Origin: Octopus sinensis
Lineage: Eukaryota
Reading direction: 5' to 3'
NCBI RefSeq assembly: GCF_006345805.1
Contig: NC_043003.1
Span: 58,156,001 to 58,220,000 of the forward strand
Length of the DNA: 64,000 bases
The notes under the pieces were generated by a model that was not told the DNA's origin, did no database searches, and saw only the letters and a list, made by a program, of their open reading frames with translations. The position numbers and the translations under genes were made by a program. Below are positions 1 through 11,971 of this stretch, in pieces (position 1 is the first letter of the stretch; the number at the start of each line of letters is the position of its first letter).

Positions 1-190
1 CTCTTTCTTTCTTTCTCTCTCTCTTTCTTTCTTTGTTTCTTTGTTTCTCTCTTTCTTTCTTTCTTTCTGTCTCTCTCTTTCTTTCTTCCTTTGTTTCTTT
101 CTTTCTTTCCATGTTTCTTTCTCTCTCCCTTTCTCTCTCCCTTTCTTTCTTTGTTTCTTTCTTTCCTTCTTTTTTCGTTTTCTTCTTTCT
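1..190. repeat. (CTTT)n/(CT)n polypyrimidine simple repeat
   Basis: Almost pure C/T with TCTT and CT units; it produces the spurious F/S/L ORFs at 33-318. Confidence 0.95.
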
Positions 191-227
191 TTATTTATTT
201 CTTCTGGAATCCTTTTTTACTTTCCAC

Positions 228-588
228 CCTTGTTAGTGGATTTTGCAGATGGAAACTGAGAGAAGCCTATCATGTAAAACTGTGTGCATGTGTGTCCTCT
301 TGCCTTGACATTGTGTGACGGCTGTAAACAAGCATTACCTCCATACAAGCAGTGTTGTTTGTTTCCAATATTTCTATGAAAACATGTCTAGTGATGGGGA
401 AGCGTTACCTTGTTTCAAAGCGGATGAGGGTTAACAACAGGAAGGGTATCCAGCTGTAGACAGTCTGCATCCTTAAACTCCATCCATCCAACCCATGCAA
501 GCATGGAAAAAAGAAAGATATGATCATGACAATGATGATAATGATGATAACGACGATGATGATGATGATGATGATGGTGATGACGATG
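228..588 (+). mobile_element. SINE family A2 (body plus RTE-type tail ending in (GAT)n), 5' truncated
   Basis: GGATTTTGCAGATGGAAACTGAGAGAAGCC body, then ACAGGAAGGGTATCCAGCTGTAG...CCCATGCAAGCATGGAAAA and (GAT)n; same layout as 21181-21713. Confidence 0.8.
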
Positions 589-1126
589 TGCCTTTCTTCT
601 TCATTTTCTTTTCCCTCTGTCATCCTTACTTATTTTTTTTTTTTTCATTTTTCTTCACTTCTTTCTTTTCTGCTGTCTTTCCTTTCTTCTTTCCTCTCTT
701 TTTTTTTTCTTTCTCCCCTTTCGTGCCAAGCCTCTTCACTTCTATGTTGTATTTTTGTGTCTGGCAAAAAAAAAACAACAAAAAACAAAAAAAAAACAGC
801 AACTGAAGCAGATTTGCAACAACAACAACACCACCACCAACAACAACAACACCAACTGTACTCTGTTATGATAACAACTAGAAATGTCAAACAGATATGA
901 CTTGTAGTGCTAATAATCCTAAGGGATGTTTTTGTTTTGTTTTCTCTTCTCTACTTATTCTTATATTCTTATTGAGTGGGGGATGGGGGTTGGGGGTGGG
1001 GTGAGTGAGGGATGGGTAGTTGGGTGGGGGGACAACAACCAAACATTGGTTTCTGCTGACTAGAATGATTAATTCTCTTTGAAAGAGAGAACTGGCAAAT
1101 GAAGGGAAAAGAACGGTCAGGGAATT

Positions 1127-1380
1127 ATGTGTGTGTATGTATACATATATATATGTATATATACATATATATACATATATACACACATATACATACACAC
1201 ATATATACATATATATAAATATATATACACATATACATTTATACATACACTTATATTTATATACATATGTGTGCATGTGTGTGTGTGTATATATATTTAC
1301 ATACATACATACATACATACATATGTTCTCACACACATGCACGCATACACATACACACACATGCACGTGCACACACACAA
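1127..1380. repeat. (TA)n/(CA)n compound microsatellite
   Basis: Direct reading; source of the Y/I/H/T ORFs. Confidence 0.95.
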
Positions 1381-1561
1381 CACTAGGTTGTACCTATTGT
1401 GTAAAGTTTAAATTGATCTGTTGTTGATTTCGTCTCCATTTTTTTTTAAGCCAATGGAGACCTCACTCCTACCCTCCACTGTTCTTGTTTATCATCCTCT
1501 TACCATCCCCCAATGTCTTGAACCCCTTGTGACCAATCAAAGAAATCGTGATTACGTGTGC

Positions 1562-1728
1562 AGTGGAGTGGCAGAATTATTGGTAAAACTATTTTGCAAT
1601 ATTTGTTCCTGTTCTTTGCATTCTGAGTTCAAATCCAGCCGAGGTCAACTTTGCCTGTCATCTTGTGGGACTGGTAAGATAAAGTACCAATGACATACTG
1701 TGGTTGATTGTATTGACAAATTGCTCCC
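1562..1728 (+). mobile_element. SINE family B, diverged copy
   Basis: B-box-like GAGTTCAAATCC, then GAGGTCAACTTTGCC...ATAAAGTACCA as in the copies at 41717 and 55378. Confidence 0.7.
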
Positions 1729-1737
1729 ACTCTAACT

Positions 1738-2264
1738 GTATTTCTGTTGAGATGCTCTGCGTTTCTTTCAATTAATTTTAAATATAGCAAAGAATTTAGT
1801 AAAATAACTTGGTAATCATTAAGTTAATGTTAGGAACATAAATTATGACTAAGGTTTGGTGGAAGATTTTAATTCAAAACTTATAGAAACAAGATATTTG
1901 TACTACAGAGCCAGAGGCAGTTTCAGCTGGGTTGGTATCGAAAGGGTTAAGAATTGTTTCTCTATTATATATTTTAACCCTTTTGTTACCATATTTCTGT
2001 TGAGATGCTCTGTGTTTCTTTCAATTGATTTTAAATATAACAAAGAATTTAGTAAAATAACTTAGTTTATCATTAACCCTTTTGTTACCAACCCAGCTGA
2101 AACCAGCTCCGGCTCTGAGTACAAATGTCTTGTTTTCATAAGTTTTGAATTAAAATCTTCCACCTAACCTTAGTCACTATTTATGTTCCTAACACTAGGT
2201 GAATGATAACTAAGTTATTTACTAAATTGTTTGTTATATTTAAAATTAATTGAAAGAAACACAG
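1738..2264. mobile_element. Cluster of three piggyBac-like MITE copies (family P1): 1738-1946 (-), 1978-2072 (-, partial), 2077-2264 (+)
   Basis: Ends TTAA|CCCTT... and ...AAGGG|TTAA (TTAA at 1947, 1974, 2073); the internal sequence matches 27154-27579. Confidence 0.8.
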
Positions 2265-2293
2265 TATGGATCAATCCAGCCCGAGGCTATATA

Positions 2294-2734
2294 CAGTGGT
2301 TCTCAACCATTTTGTGCCTACGGACCCCTTTGATTCCTGTTTTACTCGGAAGGACCTCTATATCCATTTGAGGTTTAAAGTATCCTATTATATTTTTAGA
2401 ATTAAACAGGTAGAATCATTAGCCTGCTGGACAAAATGCCTAGTGGTATTTTGTCCATCATTACATTCTGAGTTCAAATTCCACCAAGGTTGACTTCTGC
2501 CTTTGTCATTCATTCTTTTGGGGGTTGATAAATTAAGTACCAGCTGAGCACTGGGGTCGATGTAATTGACTGGTCCCCTTCCTGTAAATTTCCGGCTTTG
2601 CAACTCTAGTAAAATGGATTATTAGGAATTGTATTAAAAAAATTAAAATATTTGGTGCATTGTAGAAAAAACCAATTTATTTCATATAAATTTCAACAAC
2701 AAAGTCTTACGTGGACCCTGACTGAGAACCCCTG
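2294..2734 (+). mobile_element. hAT-like MITE with a nested SINE B (2406-2624)
   Basis: Imperfect TIRs CAGTGGTTCTCAACC (2294) and GACTGAGAACCCCTG (2720); the SINE B motif GAGTTCAAATTCCACCAAGGTTGACTT lies inside. Confidence 0.65.
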
Positions 2735-3357
2735 CTTATAGTAGAATAAAATTCACTTCCCCGAAGTGCCAGTCAGCCCAGTAGAACTGAACCCAAGACC
2801 ATACAGTTGTCAAGCAAACACATTAACCAGGCAGCCACCCACTCACCTACGCTCAGCTTTGTTTTTCTTGTTCAAAGCAGTATCATATTTAAAAGCCGAA
2901 CTGTGGGAAAATAACTAAAACAAAGTAACTAAAACATAAGGAAAACAGCAGTGTAATAATCAATTTTAAGAAAATTAGAAAAAAAAAAAAACTGTCCTAA
3001 AACTTCATTAAGATTTCAATTTTCTATAATGAGTCTAAAAGGATGATAGCTGGAGACTTTGTTGTTTTTGTTGTTCTTGAAGTGCTCCTAATCTTTGTCG
3101 TTATCGTCGTTATATTTATTATTGTTGTTATATTCTAGTATGTCATTATTATTATTATCATGTTACTAATAGCACAATGACAGTAAAATTTGTGTTTCTG
3201 CTAAAATATAATACTGAAACAGTAATAATAATTTTTCCATTATTTTAACGATATTAAAAATGGTTATTTATATACGTGAGTACATAAACACAAACACATT
3301 CTTATGTATGCACACAGATATATATATGCATGTACAGATATATATACACACACACAT

Positions 3358-3407
<50 letters not shown>

Positions 3408-4012
3408 TGTATGTACACATACATGTGTGTAGACATACACACACATGTATATATGCACATACATAAATATGTATACGCATATACACATATATAAATATAC
3501 ATGTACATATATATATACTCACATACCGAAATATGTACAGACACACACATATGCTTAATATTTATAAACAACACACACACACACACATAATATAAATACA
3601 CAAACACACCTCTTTATTAATTTAATACCTTTAATAGAATGGGAAATTAAAATAGACAATTGCTCTCACGCATTCACATTTTGTATGCACACACACACAC
3701 ACACACACACACACGTATCTACACACTCACACATACATACAAACACTTATAAATTAGTGTCAATTTAGTGTCAGAGTAATGAAAATTACACAGTGTCACT
3801 TATAGTAGAAAATTAAAAACACTGGAAAAACAACAACAGTAACAACAGGAAAAAAAGAACAACCTCCTCCCCCCACCTGTTCACACATACACACACATAA
3901 ATAAATATAAAAATACTATCTAAATGACCTCAAATGTCACATTTAAAGAACGGAACACATTTTCGGTTTGTTTTTACTAACTGAGAAGTGTGGTCTTATA
4001 TTCTGTTAGGAA

Positions 4013-4190
4013 CACTTTAGCATCTAAACCAGTTATATCCAGCCCAAATATTTATTCTACCTGTTTTATGTTCAGACTGACCAGATCCAGCCTTTCACAC
4101 CTACCCTACAATGTTATTCTAAAAATAAGCAATCGCATTATTGAAATCTCGAAAGCTGGTATTGAAATCACAAAAGCTACAAAATAATGA
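4013..4190 (+). mobile_element. piggyBac-like MITE family P2, truncated
   Basis: CTTTAGCATCTAAACC...ATCCAGCCCAAATAT...CACACCTACCCTACAATG matches 41492-41658. Confidence 0.65.
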
Positions 4191-4288
4191 ATTTTGGCCC
4201 CTCTGCTAGCAAACCATTAAGGAGACATCTACATGTGTGCATGACTTGTTAGTAATAGTAGCCAAATCTCCCTCAAATTATGCCCTGA

Positions 4289-4690
4289 TATCATCATTAT
4301 TCTTTAATGTCCACTTCTTCGTGTTTGCATGGAGCCAATGGTGTTTATTGAGGCAGATATTTTTTGGCCCTTCCTGTGGTTAGCCCTCACCTGCCTCCAA
4401 GCAAGTTAATGTTTCCTCATGATGAGACCAAACCAGATCTGTTCTCGTGGAAGATTGGAAGCAAACGACACCACTTGTATGACAGTGACACTCGCTTACA
4501 ACTATTGTGTGATGTCAAAGCATGGAGACCCACACTCATGCACACACATGCACAGAAGTGCACACATACACCCATACATGTATATGTATGGGTGTATACT
4601 GTATGATGGACTTTTTTCAGTTTCTCTCTACCAAATCTTCTCACAGGACTTGGTCAGTCTGGGCCTATATTAGAAGACACTTCCTCAAAT
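4289..4690 (-). mobile_element. SINE family A2
   Basis: Reverse complement of the 21181-21713 element: (CAT)n, TTTAATGTCCAC, GACAGTGACACT, CAGTTTCTCTCTACCAAATC. Confidence 0.75.
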
Positions 4691-4964
4691 TACTTCCATA
4701 AAAATTATGCAAAGACACCTTAGTTAGCTTGTGTTTAATTCATAGACACAAACATGCACACAGACACACACACACACACACACACACAGACACACACATG
4801 GACTCTCTTTCTCTTCTCCTTTCTCCCCACTTCTTTCTTTCTACCATGTGGCCACCAACATCTAGCTACACGTGTGTACCACATGTGAGATATTACATGT
4901 GTCAGACTGCTGCAGTCATTTCTGCTAATATAACAATTTATCTTCTCATAATTATACAGAGTGT

Positions 4965-5026
<62 letters not shown>

Positions 5027-5619
5027 TGCATTTCATAATGTTCTTGTGTGAGTTTGTGTTCTATGTTGTATGTGTGTGTGTATCTATGTATTTGTGTATT
5101 TTTGTGCATATGTACATCTTATGTATGGGAATATACATGTATGTGTGTGTGTGCATGTGTATAAATGTATGTGTGCATGTATATATACATATATATATAT
5201 ATGTATATATATATGTTTGTGCATATATTCATGTGAGCCTTTGTGTATGTATTTACACACACATATATATATATATACACATCTTTTCATGTGTTTATAT
5301 ACATGTGTAATACTATTACACACATCTGTGCATACTTAAATGTCTGTACATGCAAATGTCTGTGTGTATGTGCATGTATAAATGCTCACATGTATGAATA
5401 TGTGTTGTAAGTGTGTGTGGTGTAAGTGTGTGTGTGTGAGCTTGTCTGATTGAAACCAGCTGAAGTATTTTTAAAACATAAACAAAAACAATATGGAAAA
5501 ATATAAACTTTGTTTCTTTTGTTTTTTTTTAGTAGTATTATGATTGTGTTAACACCACCACCACTACAACTACATAAGCACACCACCACCTACACTTTGC
5601 CATGACCACTTTGCTATTG

Positions 5620-6235
5620 ATGTCACACATGCTCTTTATTTCTGTCTCTCCCTCATTCCCCCTGTTTTTCTCTCTCTCTCTCTTTCTCTCTCACTCCATC
5701 CCTTCATCTCTCAAATTCATTCCGCCTCTCACTCCCTCATTCAGTCTTTCTCTCCTTCATCCCCTGTCTCACTCATTCCCTCTCTCTCACTCCCTCATTC
5801 CTTCTTTCTCTCCTTCATTCTCTATCTCGTTCTCTCATTCTCTCTCTCTCCTCCTTTCTCTCCATCCCCTTCTCTCTTAATCATTCCCGCTCCCTCCCTC
5901 ATTCTCTATACCCCCTCTCTCTGTCTCTCCCCATTCCCTTACTCTCTATCTATCTCCTCTCTCTATCTGTCTCTCCCTCATTCCCTCACTCTCTATTTAT
6001 CTCCCCTCTCTCTATCTCTCTCTCTCCCTTATTCCCTTACTTTCTATCTCCCCTATCTTTCTCCTGCATTCCCTCACTCTCTATCTCCCTCTCCCTCATT
6101 CCCTCACTCTATCTATCTATATATATCTATCTATCTCTCTCTCCCTTATTCCCTCACTCTCTATCTCCCCCCTCTCTATCTCTCTCTTCCTCATTCCATC
6201 ACTCTCTATCTATCTCCCCTCTCTCTCTCCCTCCC
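5620..6235. repeat. Polypyrimidine minisatellite (about 25-30 bp CTCATTCCCTCACTCTCTATCT-type unit)
   Basis: About 600 bp of C/T-rich sequence with recurring CATTCCC every 25-40 bp. Confidence 0.85.
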
Positions 6236-6578
6236 ATAGCCCTCCATGCCCTCCACTGCTGTTAACCGGCTCCTAAATCCTAAATAATTCACCCCTATGT
6301 CCACATGTGACACCAACCACCCCTGCCACCAAGCATACTCCCTCTCTACCTATATCACATATAAACATATCTGGCCATCAGGAAATGTTACCTTATTTTT
6401 GGAAACTGGTGGGAGTCAGACGCAGGATGGGCATCTGGCCAAAGAAGACCCACCACAAGCACATTCCATATGCCCCCACACCAGCCTGGAAAAGTGGACA
6501 TTGAAACAATTATGATGACAATTCCCTCAACCCCAGTACTTAACTGGTACTCTATGCTATAATATATATATATATATA

Positions 6579-6820
6579 TATTCTATAATTATAAACATAA
6601 TTATAATCAGGGGTCAGCTAATTGCTTCGCCAGGCACCGAATTTAGAAATAGGAGTTAAAATACCTTTTCCGCTACCATAAATATCTCCCAGGCAGTAAC
6701 ACACTTTTTTTTATTTAAAAACTCCCTGATTATAATTTATAATTATAGAATATTTTTACCTAAAAAGGTAAAATTATTAATTGATTAATTAATTAATTAC
6801 TTTTACCCTTTTATTATATA
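6579..6820 (-). mobile_element. Asymmetric fold-back element in (TA)n (unclassified)
   Basis: Inverted arms at 6579-6612 and 6724-6752; shares ACCGAATTTAGAAATAG (6636-6652) with 56695-56711. Confidence 0.6.
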
Positions 6821-6830
6821 TATATATACA

Positions 6831-7047
6831 TGAGGGTGTGCTGAAAAGTTCATGGCTTTGGGTAAAAGAAAATACAGAAGGATCAATTAATTATGGTTTT
6901 ATTCAGTGTATTCTGCTCTCAGATTCTCATACTTATTGCAGCGGTCCTTCAGTTTTTCTAAGCCTTGTAAAAGAACACAGAAGCTTTGGCTTCTAACCAG
7001 GCCTTTCACAATACCCTTAAAGCCAGGAATGTTTTAGCACCCTCTCG
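6831..7047. mobile_element. Mariner-like MITE (217 bp)
   Basis: 29-bp imperfect TIRs (22/29): TGAGGGTGTGCTGAAAAGTTCATGGCTTT and AAAGCCAGGAATGTTTTAGCACCCTCTCG, followed by TA at 7048-7049. Confidence 0.75.
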
Positions 7048-7609
7048 TAAATGGCACAGCCATGGCTGTGTGGTTCAGTTTGCTTTGCAACCATGTAGTT
7101 TTGGATTCATTCCCACTACACAGTACCCTGGGGAAATTTCTAGTATAACCCTGAGCCAACCAGTAACTTTGGAGTGAATTTGGGAGATGAAAATTGTGTG
7201 GAAGCCCAGTGTGTGTGTGAGTATCTTTAAATTCGTTTGACCCCACCACCACCATTGCCTTCCTCTGACCCAATGCTCAAAAGGTGCCTTTTACATGACA
7301 TAAGCATTGGCCACATTGCCTCCATAAAGGCCCACTTAGAAGGTGCTTTTCATGTGACACTGGCAAGAGTACCAGTTACATGATACCGACATCAAGAAAT
7401 TATTTTCAAAAAAGGGGAAAAAGGCAGATGATGTTGTATCATCGCAAAACAGCAGGGGCATCAGGTCTGTGAGGGGTTATTAAACAAAGAATGGTCACTC
7501 AGCAGTAACAAATGAAATTCACAGAATAGAATTACTTCTTTAAATGTTGGCAATTTGTCATAGATAGGCATGGGGTGGGTTGCAATGGGGACAAGGGGGG
7601 TTGATATTA

Positions 7610-8230
7610 TGGTGGTCATGGTGTGAATGGTAGGAGGTAATAATGATGGTCCTTGTGGTGTTTGTGTTGGCAGGGGACGGGGTAATAGTTGTTGAGGTTG
7701 TTGTAAAGGTGGTGCTGATAGCAGTGGTGGTGGTGGTGAATATAACGATTGTTATTAGATGTGGTTATTAGTTGTGTTTGAGAGATCATGATTGTGGTGG
7801 TGGTGGTTGTCATGATGATCATAGATGTGATAGTAGTGGTAGTAATTATCGTCATTGTGATTGTAATAACGATTATTGTAGTTTTGGTAGTGGTTGTGGT
7901 GATAGTAATAATTGTTTTGGCTGTATCAGTCATTGGACTGTGGCCATGCCGGAGCATTGCCTTGAAGAATTGTAGCCAAACAAATCAACCCCAGTACTTA
8001 TGCTTAGTGTAGTAGTGGTGACAGTGATGATTTTGTAGTTGTGGTGGTAGTAGTAGTAGTAGTTGTAGTAGTTTGTGGTGGTGGCAGTGTCATTGGAACA
8101 GTTGTGATGGTGGTAGTCATGTTTGTTGTGATTGTTATGGTGATGATTATTGTCAGTGGTGTTGGTGATGATGCAGTAGCAGTTGTAGTGGTGGTGGTGG
8201 CAGTAGTGGTGGTAGCAGTAGAGGTTGTAA
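7610..8230. repeat. Mosaic (GTG)n/(GTA)n/(GAT)n trinucleotide low-complexity tract
   Basis: Direct reading; gives the poly-V and poly-T ORFs. Confidence 0.85.
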
Positions 8231-8571
8231 TGACTCAGCCTAAACCTCATTTGGTTGAAAGTCAAAGGAGAAATGAAGACAAATGGTTTCTAGAAGCAGA
8301 TAATTCAAATAGTTTCCAGAGGCAGATAACTCAGTATTCAGGGGCAGATAATTTATGCCAAAAAAAAAAAAGTAACCACGAAGTGTTCCAGGCTGTTTCT
8401 TGGTGGTTGTGATAGAATGGAACTGTAATGAGGTCACCTCTGAACTTTCTGAAAGGGACAACTACTGACCAGGTCTCAAATATGAGACCATCGTACAAGA
8501 ACTGTTCTTTATCTTCAGTCTTCAGTGGAAAAAACACTTCTGACCAATGGGAGCAATTGTCTCTTTGCTTA

Positions 8572-8700
8572 GAAACCGGTAAGGGTTGGTGACAGGAAGG
8601 GCATCCAACTGTAGAAAATCTACCTCGACAAATTCTGACTGACCCATACAAGCAAGGAAAAGTGGACATTAAGCAATGATGATGTGATGAGGGTGGGGAT
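8572..8700 (+). mobile_element. RTE-type 3' tail fragment ending in (GAT)n
   Basis: GGTTGGTGACAGGAAGGGCATCCAACTGTAGAAAATCT...GGAAAAGTGGACATTAA then GAT repeats. Confidence 0.75.
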
Positions 8701-9138
8701 GATGATGCTGATAATGATGGTGAAAATAGTGATGGTAACGACGATGATGATGATGACAACAACTGTGACAGTGCTTCTGAGAATGATGGTGGTGGTAGTG
8801 GTGGCAATTGGGTAATGCAGTCCACTGCTTTACACTTCAGATTGGCTATGACAAAATCATAGGTCTTGGTCATTGACCCGCTTGATCAGAGGCCATCCAG
8901 ACTACCCTAACGATGACCACAGCATATGAAAAATATTAACAGGTTATATAGTTCACAACTGTCAGCGACCAGACTCAAGCTTTTTTTTTCTACATAAAGA
9001 TGTGGGGCAGTGAGGTCAATATTCCTACCATTCCCATTTGCAACGGAATTTTGTCTTCAAGGTTCTTCCAAAATTACTTCCATAAAATTAGATCACTTGA
9101 CGACATCACTTTCTTCTTAGTCTCTTTTGTCTCTCTCA

Positions 9139-9170
<32 letters not shown>

Positions 9171-9413
9171 ACTTCTCTCACTCTCTCTTTTCATGCGCTA
9201 GTTGCTCAGTTCCAGGATTCTTTAACTTGTCTATCAAATTCATTTATTTACTTTACCCACTTCTCCCTTGGTTATACCCCGTTATGAGGAGGGATACTTT
9301 TGAGGTGCTTGGGGTTCGGATGGGTGGAATACTTACACAGGTGTGGGAGAAGAGAGCAAGGGGTATTTAATTCATCCCTCACCACCATTCGATTAAACAG
9401 AAAGTAAAACAAA

Positions 9414-9414
9414 T

Positions 9415-9451
<37 letters not shown>

Positions 9452-9780
9452 CACATATGTATGTATATATTTATAGTCATATGCATACATATGTGTGTGT
9501 GTGTGTTTGTGTGTATAATTATGGTTATTAAACACCAGCTGCACTATCTTGCACCCGTCCCACTCCCTATCTCTAGATGGGGAAGTGGAGAAGATGGGGG
9601 CCAACAGATCAAAGAGGTATCAGAATATGAGCCAGAAAGTTCTTCACTTTCATATTCTTCACTTAATTTGTCATATATTAATATTTTTATATATATACAT
9701 AGATATATCATCATCATCATCATCATCATTAATATGTGTGTGTATACATGTTATAGAACACACATAAACAAACTATGCAT

Positions 9781-9821
<41 letters not shown>

Positions 9822-10151
9822 CACATATGTATGTATATATTTATAGTCATATGCATACATATGTGTGTGTGTTGGTGTTTGTGTGTATAATTATGGTTAT
9901 TAAACACCAGCTGCACTATCTTGCACCCGTCCCACTCCCTATCTCTAGATGGGGAAGTGGAGAAGATGGGGGCCAACAGATCAAAGAGGTATCAGAATAT
10001 GAGCCAGAAAGTTCTTCACTTTCATATTCTTCACTTAATTTGTCATATATTAATATTTTTATATATATACATAGATATATCATCATCATCATCATCATCA
10101 TTAATATGTGTGTGTATACATGTTATAGAACACACATAAACAAACTATGCA
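9414..10151. repeat. Near-identical tandem duplication, two units of about 370 bp
   Basis: GCACTATCTTGCACCC at 9541 and 9913 (period 372); identical ORFs at 9549/9921 and 9544/9916. Confidence 0.95.
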
Positions 10152-10347
10152 TACACACACACACACATACACATGTTTGTTTATGTGTACATGTGTGTGT
10201 GTTAGTTACATAGTGTGTGTGTGTGTGTTTTCTTTACAAATTTCAAGCCAGATCTTTTCAAGAGCTGGAAATCGGTCATCTTTCAGTTTGGAGACATTAC
10301 ATTGTAAAACAGGAAATTTGAACTCAGCAAGTGCAGGCACACATGTG

Positions 10348-10399
<52 letters not shown>

Positions 10400-10684
10400 A
10401 TACACGCACACACAACCCATTCTCATTCTTGTTTGTTGTTGCTTTTGTTGTTTCGGTATGTTTATAAGTTTGGTTATTGGCTCAGTAAATGTGCAGCTGT
10501 AGTGAGGTGAAGAAGATGTCTCTGGTACCAGCACCTCACCACCACCACCACCACCACCACCACCTCCCACCCCACCTCCTTCACCGGAGGGAAAATGAAA
10601 GAAAAGAGGGAAAAAAAAAAATCTGTTGTCAAATGTTTCAGACAAGCAATATTCATTCATTCAATGGACATCCAGATTGGCAGA

Positions 10685-10910
10685 TGTACGAAAAGAGACA
10701 GACAGACAGACAGACAAAGAGAGACACTGACTGACAGTCAGACAGATAGACAGACAAGAATCATATATAGACAAAAAGCTGGACAGACAGACAGACAGAC
10801 AAAGATAGACACTGACTGACAGACAGACAAGAATCATACAGACAAAAAGCTGGACAGACAGACAGACAGACAAAAAGAGACGCTGATTGACAGACAGACA
10901 GACAGACACA
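10685..10910. repeat. (GACA)n with an approximately 80-bp higher-order unit
   Basis: CAAGAATCATA...GACAAAAAGCTGGACAGACAG occurs twice. Confidence 0.8.
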
Positions 10911-11173
10911 ACAGATGGTCTGATAGTTAAACAAGACTAACAAGATGGAACTAGATCAACAAAACAAAGAACTAACCCCAAACATTGTTTGTTTGTGTGT
11001 GTGGTGGTAGTGGTGGTGGTATTTCCTACTTTTCATATTTACAATATCTTTTTTTGTTTAGGCTTTTAGTGGTGGTCGTGGTGGTATTGGTGGTGGGTTG
11101 TATGTTTCTTTGTGTTATGATAAACACAATTAAATTTTTGGTTCAAGATCTTGATGTTTCAGACATTGGTACG

Positions 11174-11210
<37 letters not shown>

Positions 11211-11405
11211 ATGCGGAGGCGGGTCTTCTGTGTTTGTATGTGTGTGTGTGTGTGTGTGTCTGTGTCTGTGTGGGCATAGGTGTGGCTGTGTGGTTTAAGA
11301 AGCACTTTGCCCAAGTGTCTTCTACTGTAGCTTCAGGCTGACCAAAGCCTTGTAAGTTGATTTAGTAGAAACTGAAAGAGACCCATCATATATATATATA
11401 TATAT

Positions 11406-11665
11406 AGCAGAGATGTACTTGCATAGCAAGTGACCTGATCTGAGATTGTGTGCTGAAATGAAAACAACTGCAGCATAGAAGGTGTTTATAAGCCAGTTAA
11501 AACACACAAAAACCATTAGATGCAGCATAGAATTTCGTCAGTGAACAGGTCATGGTCTCAAAGCGCTGAAAATATTTTGGCAAATTAAATTTAAATTTTG
11601 AAGTGAATTTGCGGTTTTTGTGTGTTTTAAATGGCTTATAAACACCTTCCATGCTGCAATTGTTT
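11406..11665 (+). mobile_element. Asymmetric fold-back element in (TA)n (unclassified)
   Basis: 53-bp inverted arms at 11462-11514 and 11613-11665 (3 mismatches), with about 55 bp of unpaired leader on the left. Confidence 0.65.
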
Positions 11666-11750
11666 ATATATGGAGTTAATTTGTAGAAAATCTGCCTCAA
11701 ATTAACTCCATATTAGCATGGGAAAATGAATCAAGGAATGAATGTATACT

Positions 11751-11971
11751 GATAATCGTTTCAACTCTAGGCACAAGGCTCGAAATTTTGGTGGGAGAGG
11801 GCCTGTTGATTAGATCGACCCCAGTACACAACTGGTGCTTAATTTATTGAACCTGAAAGGGAGAAAGGCAAAGTCAACCTCGGTAGAATTTGAACTCAGA
11901 ACACAAAGACAGACAAAATACCCCTAAGCGTTTCACCCAGCGTGCTAACGTTTCTGCCAGCTCACTGCCTT
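11751..11971 (-). mobile_element. SINE family B, full length
   Basis: CTAGGCACAAGGC...TCGACCCCAGTACACAACTGGT...AGAATTTGAACTCAGAAC...CTGCCAGCTCACTGCCTT is the reverse complement of the 41717 copy. Confidence 0.9.

Noticed and set aside
2286-2742. 8-bp TSD for the hAT-like MITE
   Set aside because: The flanks (GCTATATA and CTTATAGT) do not match, so the superfamily call rests on TIR resemblance only.
8331-8873. 180-aa minus-strand ORF
   Set aside because: It runs through a (CAT)n tract and the antisense of an RTE-type tail; no known protein similarity recognised.
9461-10213. Longest ORF (250 aa) with an internal repeat
   Set aside because: It is created by the 372-bp tandem duplication (a multiple of 3) plus (TG)/(TA)/(CAT) repeats, and has no recognisable domain.
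11520-11560. Hammerhead ribozyme (CTGACGA on the minus strand)
   Set aside because: No stem II followed by the GAAA core in the right position.
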